From Sphagnum compactum (lineage: Eukaryota), in the NCBI GenBank assembly GCA_965153455.1, contig OZ234493.1, forward strand, positions 11,770,213-11,834,212: 64,000 bases of DNA, in the 5' to 3' direction. Position 1 is the stretch's first letter. Each line of letters starts with the position of its first letter. Below the pieces are notes generated by a model. That model searched no databases, had not been told where the DNA came from, and was given only the letters and a program-made list of their open reading frames with translations. Shown piece by piece: positions 24,301-36,629 of this stretch. The translations under genes were made by a program, and so were the position numbers.

Positions 24301-26365
24301 CAAAGGTGCCAAGGAGCAACGTCATTATTAATAAGTTGTAATAAAATCATCTTTTATTTAGGGGTAATTGATACATGTAGTGTGATTAATTGATGAAAGT
24401 GAGATATTGTTATGAATAAAGTTTCCAAAAATTAAAGATCAGCGAAATCTGTTATTGATCACAGTATTAGCATTTATCCATTGATCAATATACAGATATA
24501 AATGTTGTTTTTCGATGTAAATATATTAGTCAGGTCTGTTCTTTGATACCCATATCGATAGCAATATATATACATACCTGGTACAAATCAATACACACAC
24601 CCAACACTAGTTGTCTACAAGGGGTGTGTCACACTCTGGCCTTGCCATTTACATTTAAAGTATCGTAGGGCAAAAGAAGAATTATGGGAATTATGGAAAC
24701 TCATATATTTCACCATGAAAAAATATGATCTTCAAAAAATCCTCTAAAAAGAAACCAAAATCCTTCAAGATATTATAACTCTATAACCTAATCTCCAGTT
24801 TCAACACAAGCCAAAATATCATCTTTCAAAAATCCTCATATAAAAATAGACCTAGTATTATTACCTAGGGGCCTATAAAAATCCCTTAAGCTACTATACT
24901 CTAGAATGAAATCTTAACACAATATCCTTGCCTTGGTAGGCAAGGCCAACAAAGAGTCCAATTGAAGAACAAGCAATGAAGGACACAACATGCCATGTAT
25001 ATACTGCTGCCTTCTTATATTTTCATACCTCCCTAATGCCTTTTTGCACATTGATGTTTGCTGGTTGGGTGAACCTCATTTAACTGGTCCTCTTCCGTGT
25101 CCCACTAACCCTAACCTCGTGTAGATAGTTGTGTTCGGTAACTGGCTTAAGCTTATTGGTTACCCTGCGTGCTCAAGCCAGTGAATAGACAACTGGGTTC
25201 CCCCAAAACTTGATACCTGCCCAACTGGGTACCCGGCCAGCATTGATTGGTCTCAACTAAATAAATAAATAAATAAAAAGAATTTATTTAGAGCAATATG
25301 AAGTTCCAGTGGGTTTTTTCAATTTTCTCATGTTGTGCCATTGGCTAGCATCCCAACAACCCAAGAGGGGTTTAGCATTAAATGGGCGATAGGTGTTTAG
25401 AATATTTAGAAAACTAGTTTTAAAAATGCTACCAAACTAAAAGTCAGAGTCTACTAAATATGGCTAAACTTTTTCGAAATTTGGCAGATTTTTTTTAGGA
25501 AAGAGAGAGAGAGAGAGAGAATATTGCTTCAGAATATCCCCTTTTATTTTTATTTTTCACATTTTGGCGAAATTTCGCATTAAAAAAACGTTGACAGGAA
25601 CAGAGAAAAAAAAAGGAAAAAGTACACGACGTAGTATACGTACTGTAGATACAGTATTGATACGCTTAAAATACAGTATATAAAACCCGATGTGAGGTAG
25701 AGGGGCGAGATGGGGGAGAAGAGTACTCGCTTACTCCTCTCCTCCTCCTCCTCCTCGTCTCTTGCACGACAGCAGGATGGATGCCGCGGACTAGCCGCGT
25801 CGGCCATCGTCGCCACTGCCTGCTGCTTCTGCTTCCCTACAATGAGAGCTTTCTAACAAATGTCTACCCAAGAAAACTGGTGCAAATTTGAGCCAGATAG
25901 TCCCCGTTGAAGAAGCTATAGAGCCGTCGCCTCAATGTTGCAGCAGCAGCATCAGGGTCTCTTACTGCTGAAATCGAGCTCTGTAGGGAGCTTTGTTTGT
26001 TGCACAGGTGCTAGAAGAAGAACAAATAATTTACTTGTATGGTTCGTTTCTGTTGTGCTGGATAATTTGAGATCCTTGATGATCAATCGATCGAGGGTTG
26101 TAGTTGTGTGTCCACACAAAGCTGCTGCTTGCGATGGCATGAGTTTCATCCCTTTAGAGGCATCTAAACAGTTTGGGGTTTATTCGGAGGTGAGGTCTTT
26201 CGGTCTGATCCTTTGTTCTTCTTCATTTCAGATTGTTCCTGGAGGCGGATCAGCCGCGAAGGAAGGTGCAGAGTTTGAGGGAATTTCCGGGGCTCTGATC
26301 CTGGGGCCTGCCACCGGGAAGGTTGCAGCAGGATTTGCTCTGCTGCATCTGCGGATTAAACCCTA

Positions 26366-29300
26366 ATGGCTGCAGGAGAAGGCGATTCAGATTGGGGTGG
26401 TGATGCTGCTGCTGATACCACCACAACAGAAGAGCTGCTGCCCGCCGGAAGAAGCAGTAACTTGGACCATTCAGGTCAGCAGCATGTCCGGCTGCAGGAG
26501 GAGGAGCTTCAACACTTCTTGTTGAACAAGGAGGAGGCTGCAGCAGGAGCTGAAACTCATGTGTCTCTAAAGGAATCAGAAGCTGCTGCAGGAGCTCCAG
26601 GAGCTTCACCAGTTGAGCCAACAATCTCTGTTAGCAAATTCCCTTTGCCTGTAAAGCTGCATCTCAATCTTTCTTTTGCCAACACTTTCAAGTCTTTTTG
26701 GTTCATTTTTCATGAAGCCTGTTGAAGATTTCATTCGAGCCTGCTTTGTTTTGTAAATTTTGTGAGTTTTCTGATGTCAACTGGAGAAAATGCTAAGATA
26801 CGGTATACAACGCCTAATCTGAGGAGCTTCATCTTGAATGCAGATGTTGCCAATGCAGGGCATTGTTACAAACCCTCTTAGCAAAAACACTGAAGGATTC
26901 TATTGATTCTAGTCTCTGCAGCCATCATTTCTTGACATGGTGCTTCATCTCAAGAGTTTTCTGATCTATGAAAAAATTGGGTTGCTGCTACTGCTATATG
27001 ACCTGTACATGCTCTGATATACTTAGTAACAACCTTGGAAGGCAATTGAGATCATCATCTGAGCACACTTCCCCATGAAATCCATGTAGTTTAACATTGT
27101 CAAAAACTGGTGAATGTGCAGGAAAACAACAACCACCCAGGGCAAGATGAAAAAGATGATCCCAGAGAGGGACTCTGGAAATGTTGTCTCTTCTCAGAGC
27201 ACTGCCATGGAAATACTTGAGAACATCAATTCCATTTATGATGAAATTCCATCCACGTCTCCTGGTGTTAGAGGTTAGCTTTTAATATACCACTGTCTGT
27301 TTTAGCTCATCTTGAATGTCATTGAGCAGAGAGTCAGTTCTACTGTCAGTCAGTTGGTTGTGTGTAGAGATTGTGATTGGTGCATACCCCACAATCTGTC
27401 GGTAATTTATGTAACACCACCCAAGCATGATCAACCCAATAGCCGAAGTTGGTGGTACTCATAGCTAATTGCCTTGACAAGTGAGCAGTTCAATTTACTA
27501 AAAGGCCATTCCAGAGATGGTCAGGAAAAGGTTAAGAAAAGCAATCAGATAGGAGAGCGAGCAAGATTATAGCAATCCAGCTGTGACCAGAAAGCTGTTG
27601 CTGTCATTCACGCGGTTACAAAAGTAAGGGCTTTCTAATGTGAGCAGAGCAATGATGGTGTGCACTGTATGTTTGCAGGTGAGGCAAGGGATCTGATGCC
27701 AGATCTAGTCAGTAAATCTGGTCTTGGTGTCCAATCTGAAAGAACTGCCAATGTTGGTCATTCTCCAATTGAGAGAGATCAGGTGGAGACAGAACTCCAG
27801 ATTGGAATACCTTCACATGTGGGTCCATCCAAACTGAGTACTGGAGCTCCAATTCTGGAGAGAGACAGTCAGGAAGCTTGTGATTTGGGGTTGGAGGAAG
27901 AGAGATTACTGTATGATCTCTCAGAGAGCCCAAGCTGCTGTGATCAAGGGCCAGAGGAGTCAAGATCAAGTACTGAAGGGGAGGCAGATGTCAGAAATGG
28001 TGTGCTTGAACCAGTGTCTGAAGCAAAGGATGTAGGCAGATGGAAGGAAGAAACTGTTGTGAGCCTTAAGATACGAATAAAAGAGCTTGAGACCCAGTTG
28101 CATGACCAGACAGAATGGGCACAGCAAAAAGTAATGCAGGCTGCACGGCGGCTGAGCAAGGACTTAGCTGAACTCAAGGCTCTGCGACAGGCAAGAGAGG
28201 AGATGCTGCGCCTGAAGAATGATCAGAAAGCCCTAGAGGACAGTACGATGAAAAAGCTCTCAGAAATGGAAATTGGCTTTGAAAAAGGCAAGTGGCCAAG
28301 TTGATCGTGCAAATGCTGCTGTGCGCAGGCTGGAGAATGAGAATGCAGAGGTGCGGGCAGAGATGGAGGCTGCTAAGCTTAATGCAGCTGAATCTATTGG
28401 CATCTGCCAAGAAATTGCCAAGCGGGACAAAAAAAGTTCAAAACAGGCACAAGCCTGGAAGAGACAGAAGGTGAAGCTACAGGAGAACCTGTCAGAGGAG
28501 AGGCAGAAGTTGACCCAAATGCAGCAACAGCTTGCACAAGCTAAAGAACGGCAGCAGCAGGCAGAGGTAAGTTTCTCTGCATTCTCAGTCCATCTGATTT
28601 CTACATGTTACAACCAATGCAGACAGCAAATCCTGTTTATTACTAGCATGATTGGAGAGAAGTCATCTCCATCATCCATCTACTCTTTTGGGTTTTACCG
28701 CTGTCACTGTTGTGTGAACCACTTGTCAGTTGTTTGTCTGTTTTTGAGGGTTGGTTATCCCTTCTCCTTTTTCTTCTGTGTTTGCTGATACATTTTTGGG
28801 TCTGAAATCTCAAGTTCCTTATTATCAGGTCATCTCTCGAATTCTATTGAGGTTGACTTGGGATCTGTACATGCCATCAATTTATGTGAGCAATACTTTT
28901 CCTGTGGGCATGAACACTTTAGATCAGGTTCAAAATTACTTAGGTCTGGGCAAAAAAGATGTGCCCCTTTAGAGTCAAATCACAGGGTGGATTTCTTTGG
29001 GAAAAATGCTAAGCCAGGAAGGAGTGCTATCATGGCCAAATTTCCGGTCAGACAGAGGCAGGAAGAAAAGGCAAAAGAGGAAGCTGTTTTACGAGCTGAC
29101 AGTGAAAAGAGATTGAGAGAGCAGGCAGAAGTGGCTGCCAAGAGACGAGACGAGTCAATACGGAGGAAAGCAGAGGCAGACAAGCTGCGCCATCGTGATG
29201 ACGTCCAAAGGTTAGAGCAGGAGATAACAGCACTGAGGGTATCAGCAGAATCAACTCATCTAGCAACATGGCATTGGGGTCCTGCTCTCATCACCCCTGG

Positions 29301-29562
29301 TAGGCTTGCTTTGAAGGAAATAAATGAGAGGCAATTACCTGAAGTCACAGAATGCCAGGATTTCTCTACTAGGGATGTCCACCGTGACCGGGAGTGTGTC
29401 ATGTGCATGTGTGAGGAGATGTCAGTTGTCTTCTTACCTTGTGCTCATCAGGTAGTCTGTGCCAAGTGCAATGAGCTTCATGAGAAGCAGGGTATGCGGG
29501 ATTGCCCCTCATGTCGGACCCCAATACAACAGCGCATTCATGTCTATGGTGTGAGCTCCTAA
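26366..29562 (+). pseudogene. RF298/PIR2 (MND1-interacting protein 1)-like RING E3 ubiquitin ligase, frameshifted
   Basis: Coiled-coil WAQQKVMQAARRLSKDLAELKALR...ASGQVDRANAAVRRLENENAEVRAEMEAAKL and C-terminal RING ECVMCMCEEMSVVFLPCAHQVVC...CPSCRTPI. Exons about 26366-26629, 27122-27272, 27679-28566 and 29047/29056-29562. +1 frameshift near 28272 (gaaattggctttg). The expected acceptor before 29047 reads CG, not AG. Confidence 0.8.
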
Positions 29563-30442
29563 CAAATGCTTGTATGACCCGCTTTAATATTCCAACATCA
29601 AAATTTGTTATCCAGCTTAAAACCACATGTGCAGGAAAGGAAGGCTGTGTATGTTACAAGTTGGGTTGTAACACAAACACAAGTGTTAGTTACGACTAGT
29701 AAACATGCAATCACTGCTGCAAACTCTGTATGTTTGTTCCTTTTTCTGAGTTGGAAGTGCTTTTACATTTACAGTGTTAACTGAAGAGGGTCAAGCACAA
29801 ATTTTCAACAATGTATAGTATTGGCATGTAAATTATGTGCTTATTATTGAGTCTACTTGGTAAAGCCTCCATTTTGTACATTGTGGAACTGTTTGATACT
29901 TTTGGTTTTTGATGGTAAAAGTTCTTTACATAGCAATTCACAGAGAACTCTAGTTGAGCTAGGATCATTTGATAAAGTTGAAACCTGGGTTGGAATTGCT
30001 ATTATATGAAATTGATTTGTCATAACCAGGTCTGCGGAAGGGATTCTAAGATCACAAAATAAAAGTGAGAAAAAAATGCTACAGAGAAAAGATGAACCAG
30101 TTAAGAGATCTCTGAATTTTTAGGATTTCAAACAGAAAGCTATGTGTTCCAATCTCTTGCATTGAATCAACAGCAAAACCTCCAAGTGCTCCCAGTTACC
30201 ATGTCTTTGGTGTGAAAGTCCAGCATCTGTGTTGGGTGCTGCCCCTGACATTGCATTTACTCCAAATGGTGCTACATTTGTTTCCATGTGTCCAAAAATA
30301 TCTTCCCCTTCCCTTACCTCTCCCTCAACTTGTAGAATTTTGATGGAGAAACTTTGATGAATTGTCCATTGCTTGAATTGCAGGAAGATGATGTCACGTG
30401 TCTATGTGTGCACCGTGAAGCCATTGTGACGCTCCGCTTTAC

Positions 30443-30560
30443 GTAGGAAAAGGACCTGAGTACAGGCCCTTCCGTGATTTTGGACCTGTTCCCTCGGCCT
30501 ACCAGCCTCAGGTACAGATCTCAAATCACGGAAGGGCTTGTACTCAGGCCCTTCTCCTAC
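30443..30560. ncRNA. Candidate miRNA-like imperfect hairpin
   Basis: 50-nt arms at 30443-30492 and 30511-30560, 43/50 complementary, with an 18-nt loop. No TSD seen, and I do not recognise the family. Confidence 0.4.
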
Positions 30561-31362
30561 ACATAGGCTAACCTCCATTGTCAATTGTGGGACAGAGACT
30601 AAACGAAAAAGTCTTTTTTGGTTCACACATTCGTCCATCCATCATGGTGCACTGGTAGGTTACTGGTTAACTCTCGGCACGCCTCTCACATTCGGAAAAC
30701 AACGACGTTGTCAAACTCCCGGGAGCTGCTGCGCGAGAGAAGAAGAAGCTTCCAGAAGCTTCAAATGCCTGCGGGCGAGACGAGGCTTTTGGAAGCTATT
30801 ATCCTTTATATTTTCTTGAGTTGATTAATATGTGAAGGGCTTGCCTCTGTGCCACATTCCCCTTTGTGGGCTCCTTCTAACAAAAATTGGAGTTTGGTGT
30901 AGTGCAGCTTCTGTTTGTCAAAAGCAACTTTCGTCCCGATTTTGATGCTTAAAAAAAACATAAAATAAAGGAAGTTTTTCACATATAGTTTTGTGCTTCA
31001 TTCTTCCAATTAAAAAATCATGGAGTTTTGATTCTGACAGGAATTTCCAAATTCAAGATACTTTTGGCCCTGTTAAATTACAACTCATTGCATGTAGGAG
31101 ATTACACAATATCCTACATTAAATATTGTACCAGTATACAGTTTTATATTCATTTAAAATTGCGGTTTATATAGGTATGCACTTCAATAACTAATAAAAA
31201 ATATATTTAACTCTGACGTTTAACCTTCCTGTTGATTCAAAAAATAATAAAAGCAATTTGTCTACTTAAGGAACTTGTTGCTTTTTTCAAAAATTCTTTT
31301 TCATGGGTTTAGTTTTGGGTTTTGATTTAGCAAAAGACTAACTCTAATATTCAATTTTTGTG

Positions 31363-31791
31363 CTAGTTCAAACAAAAAGACTTGCGAAAGTCTAAAGCCT
31401 TTGCCGCAATAAAATTTGCCATCGCCCAAAACTTCCTTAATTCTTTTTCATCCTCATCCGTCATCTCCTTCTCCACGATTTTACCAATTTTCGCCTCCAG
31501 CTCGTCCAAAGTTTTTGCAGTGTGTTTTACCGAAATACAAACTGCCTGCGCCAAAAGCTTGTCATATTCTTCTACATCCTTCTCTGTCCAATCTGTTTAC
31601 TTCTTCATTTCATCCGATGTCGTCAAGAGTTCTTTCAATTCTCTTGCATCATCGTCATTCTCGAAGACTATTCTCCATTCCATGTTACATTCCAAGCATG
31701 CACCAGACTTGTCAGGGTTAAAGAACCGCTTGAATTGACAGTCAGTCAGGTCCAGTGATTTCACTTTCACCTGCTTCACTCTACCAACCAA
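31363..31791 (-). pseudogene. Orphan ~140-codon charged/helical ORF with one in-frame stop
   Basis: ORFs 31597-31791 and 31363-31554 are in the same frame, separated by a single TAA (31597-31599) and an open stretch (TDWTEKDVEEYDKLL). The composition looks protein-like. Confidence 0.4.
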
Positions 31792-32038
31792 CCAATAAAT
31801 CGATTAGCCGCTATTTTTCGAATCATCATTCCAAAAATTCTAATTACAATAACCAATCATTTTCTTTTGACACTCCTTTTAAAACCACATTTTTGTTCAC
31901 ATACAATATGTTGCAAATCCATTAATCATAATGCATAAAATAGCATGTAAAATTCAATTAGATATTTATGATTTTCGATTTATAAGACATTCAGGTATTC
32001 TCCAACAGTTTTACACAACAGCTTAATGAAAACAAAAG

Positions 32039-35000
32039 CTAGACAAAATGCAAATTTAGATTCCACCTCAATTCCGCTTTTGTGTCACTTGATGTCCCAT
32101 GGTCATGAACGTTACAGGAGGAGGTTCCACCTTGTAATTCTTTAGGAAGGCATACAGTAGGCAAACCACAAACCAAAAACGGAGCCCATTCATGGACTTT
32201 AGCACCATCCTTAATCATTTTGAGCATGGTACCACGCAAAGATGAGGATACATCCTTCCCACTCCTCAGTTCCTGATAAAAACCTTTCATCAACTTAAAA
32301 GTAGATGAATCATCCACTTTCCATTGTGACACAACAACACATGGAACCCCTGCCATCATAAGAGCTCGAGGCAAGTTCAAAACTCCCTCTCCTGTGATTT
32401 GTCCTCCTGCAGTGTCACATGCACTTAGAACTACGATGTGAGCTTTCCATTGAAATCCACATCCACTGATGTTCTCTGACTTAAGTAGTGCACGTTTCTT
32501 GGCTGCACGCGTACCTCTTTGCCCTGCAGTATCTGCTCATGGAATGCCAAATTAGGTCATTGAACCTCATGGGAAGATAGAATTACATCGACTAGCCATT
32601 CCCAATTGACACATATACTACCATTACACATTTTCTTCTCATGGCAATTTTCTTACTATAAATTGCAAACTATTTCTGTTCAGCAATGAACTATGTGCAT
32701 GCAAGGGTGTGTTAGGATGTCAGCATTTGCAATCACTAGCAATCCATGAATTCCAAGCTTACCATTCCGAGCCAATATAATAGCACCCTTCTTGACCTCT
32801 AGAAAATCATCTTGTCTGATGCCATGTGCTGCTATGTGGAAAACAACCTGCTTCACTGGATGCTCTGATGGATATTTTGCCCACTTCAAAACTTCAGATG
32901 GAGTTGCTGCACGTCCCACCAACTTCGTCACATATCCTTCACCAAACTCCTCCTCAATGAAGTTCACCTCTTCACCCATTGGGGTTATTAATGGAACTTT
33001 AGTTCCATTGCCCTTATTTTCATAAAAATAAGGCTCTGCAACTGCAACTATGGTTCCAGGATTTGTATTCTGATCCAGTTCTTTCCATTTATGGTCACAA
33101 TCTTGAAGCACCCTCAATGATGGTGTAACACTTATGGTGTGGCTCTGAATGAGGTAGCCTTGTCCTACAGGAGAATCGAGCTTCCGTAGTGCAGCGAATG
33201 GAACATCACTGAGTATCTGCACACACAAATAGCAATTTGAAATTCAGTCACATAGACAAGTTTACTGTAAGAAAAACTTCGGCAAATATTTTTCAATCAT
33301 AACTGTAGGTTAATCATTCACATGTATGTCCTTAGATAACTCCATAAAAATAGCTGGAAAGTTTACCCTACTCAGATTTAACATACAGTTTCCTCTTGAC
33401 CTGTAGACTATTGTAGCTAAGGCTTTTGATGTCAAAGGTTGGAGTTTTCTGGTTCAGTTTACCAGCTTTGAACTAGCGACCTCTATGTGTGAGGATATTC
33501 TTGTCTCACCAAATTTTTCTGTTACATATAATTGGGCATGTATAGGCACAATTTATTGCAGTAAAACATGAAGTAGATAGAGGTCCAGAACCTTTCCTTC
33601 AAACTATTTAGCATGGACAAGCAAACAAACTTCTCAGTGCTTTCGGGGGGAAAAAAGTATCCCCTGTTCAGAGTATGCGTGTCGTCATACTGATGTATTT
33701 TAAATTGGACAATATCAAACTCTCAGTTGAATCAAGTGAACAGAAGCCACACTTTCACACAAGGGTTTTACAGTGCCATCCGAAGAGCTACATACCTCAG
33801 GTGCAACAATTATTAATTTATCCTCCTGCTCCATACCATCCAAAAAGTTCACAACAGGGCTGATGAGAATCTCATATAACAATTCCAAAGTTCCGTTGAT
33901 AAATTCTCCTCCACATTCATGAGTCCATGAACACATTCTTCTCAACCATTTCAATAACTTCCATAACATTGAATCAAGCTCATTCACCTTCAGGATTTGC
34001 ATGAAGACCTCGTCATCCTAACATTGCAATTTTAGAATGAGTCAAAACCATTTACTGTAGATTTGAAGTGTTCACTTATTTACAAATTAGAAAGTTTTAG
34101 ACTTCATCCCTGAGGATGAATGCCAAAAAAATTCTACCCATACTCTCCAATCTTTGAAACCCAAAAATGTAACATTCATTACAAATTTTATACATTGATA
34201 AGATCTCATGTTAGCAATTAATGATTGTTGAGAACACACCTTTGTCATAACGTAAACAAATTGGAGATCATTTCCTTCCGAGACAAAATATTCTAGAACA
34301 ACAGTTCCTGGTCCGCATGCAGCTCGGCTAGACTTGAGAGTGTCCCAGGCCACACCATCGCTTCGGTCAAACGCACAAAGCTGCTGCATGGCAGATGTGG
34401 ATATCATGTTTGGAGCAAGCTGAAAATAAGTGGACTTGCCAACTCGCCTTTCTGCCCACACCAAAGACTTTTCCCACATTTCTTGAGACACTGAAGATTC
34501 TGCACTTGTCGGTTCTGACATCAAGGACTGGTTCCAAAGTCGTTGCAACCTGTCTGTAAATTTGATATCACGCGTGCTCGCAAGAGTACATCCATGTATT
34601 GCAATCCATTTTGCAAAATAATGGAATTGCATCATATAATATAAATCACTACACAACTCTTGAGCAATTACCCAATAATCATCATGTTTTGTATGTTGAA
34701 GCAATCCTTTCACATAGCACTCAATAGCACTTTCCCCGTATCGAAGAATGGGGGCTTTTTCTTCTACATCGGATTTTGAAGATTGTTTCAAAAACATAAC
34801 TTGTCTGTCCTTCTCATGATGCAATCGAACCAGATCCATCAGGGTATGAATTTGCGTACGATCAACAGGACCCAGAGAATCCCAGTTGTTTAGCACCTCC
34901 GTCGAGCACGCCTCTGCAGTTAAGAAGTACCTTTCAACTGGCGTGCCACTTTCATAGCTCTGCCTGTATTCAGATCTTAAGACTGTATGGAATTCATTTA

Positions 35001-36307
35001 GAGTAGCAGAGAGTGGAAAGTCAACCCATTTACATTCATCCCAGGAACTCTTTTCATAACCTTCCTCCCGCCTGCAAATCAACATAGCAGTACAGCTCAA
35101 AAACTAGGCAACCAAGATAATTCAAACTATGATCTTCCCCTTACATGCAGCGCGTGTCAACACTTTAGATGCAAATAATGTCAAATTTAGCGAACACAAT
35201 GATAAGCATCGTGGACTAAGGTATGTACACATACTTGTTCTTCGCTGCATACTCCAAAGCTTTGCTTACACGATGACAATCAAATGAAAACATTTTGGCA
35301 AGTCCGCTTTGTGCCAGAAGTGATCGACACTCAGCTGTCTCCTTGTTTACAAGTTCGATCCATTTATTTGTCTTCTTTTTCCCTCGACCTGACAGTACTG
35401 CCATCTGCTGATAACAATGGCATAGTAAACGGTGAGTTAAATATTCATATAGAGGATTGCAGTATCGCGCTGCTGGATGAGCATCCGTGGCCTTCGCTAT
35501 CCATGGCTTCGAGTCCAAATTATATATGATTTCCTCAAGAACTTCTGAAGCCTTCGCGAAAGCTGCTGACACACACAATACCAAGGCCTCATTTAATTTG
35601 GATACATAGTCCAGCTTGTCAGGATACTTTCCCTGGTAAAGCTTGCTCCCTTCACGTGTCCATCGCAAACACACTTCTGTCTTGAAATAGTTAAAGTAAC
35701 TTTTCTGGACTTCCCAAATCACAGACTCAGATGTGTTGGTTACAAACTCCTTGCACTGCTCCTTCAGTGTCGTCACCTTATAATCAGACACTGAATCTCC
35801 TGTATGTCCTACTTTATCAATCAAAAATGCTTTCACATCAGGGTCCAATACCTCTCCCTCACAATCTGAGGTTGAAGCCCACAGGTACATCACCTTCAAC
35901 AACGTAGCCTCCACACAAGATTTGAAATCTGGTGCTTCTGGCACATTTTGGACTTCATCCCGTGCTTTAGAAGCAGCTATTGCATCTTTTAAAGCACGTC
36001 CGGACTTCTTTCGGTAGAATGCCCAGAGATTGGCCAACACAAGCGCGTGACAACCCGACAACCAAATCTGTTCATTTCTATCTAACAGACCTGAACGCAC
36101 GATGAGATCTCCACAACTTGTCCACTCTTCACCGAAATCACGCCAATCTCTTGTATGTGTAGCTGCTTGTGCGCGGTCGAGATGTTTCGTGCATTCCGCA
36201 CCAACTTTTGCACATAAAATCCGAAAGTGCTCCCAAATGGTGACTTCATCTATTATATTGGCAACTTCCAAACCTACAAAGAAGGTTCCTAAACCGGAAG
36301 AGTCCAT
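32039..36307 (-). CDS. CHAT-domain (caspase-like, CD clan) protease with a long helical N-terminal region, about 1024 aa
   Basis: Exons 36307-35235, 35071-34240, 34017-33796, 33216-32763 and 32532(or 32523)-32039. All introns are GT-AG and phase-compatible (3075 nt). CHAT motifs: LYEILISPV, LIIVAPE..LSDVPFAAL, ISVTPSL, catalytic His (FHIAAHG), catalytic Cys (VVLSACDT), GEGVLNLPRALMMAGVPCVVVSQWKVDD, HEWAPF. Confidence 0.9.
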
Positions 36308-36629
36308 GTCTGAATGCAGCTCAGATTCTTGAAGGCTGTCCCGCTCGCAATCTGGATGCCTTTCACCTGAAACCTGGACTTCACTTCCAATGTCAGAACA
36401 AACTTAATCAATGTGCAGAGGGCATGACCGACATAAGCCAACACTGATCCTCAAAAAATCTAATTTGACAAAGCACTTCACAACCTGCGTGATAATCCTT
36501 CAAGTTCCCTGAGAGAGATACTAAAGCTGCCAATGCCATTATCCACAAGCAACTCATTCTGACTCTTGGGACCAGATACAAGAATTCTTTAACACGTACG
36601 CGTACACAAGGAGTTTATCTGTATCACAC

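Noticed and set aside
21400-24400. Possible decayed transposase or retroelement coding remnants
   Set aside because: Too degenerate; I could not identify a domain, termini or TSD.
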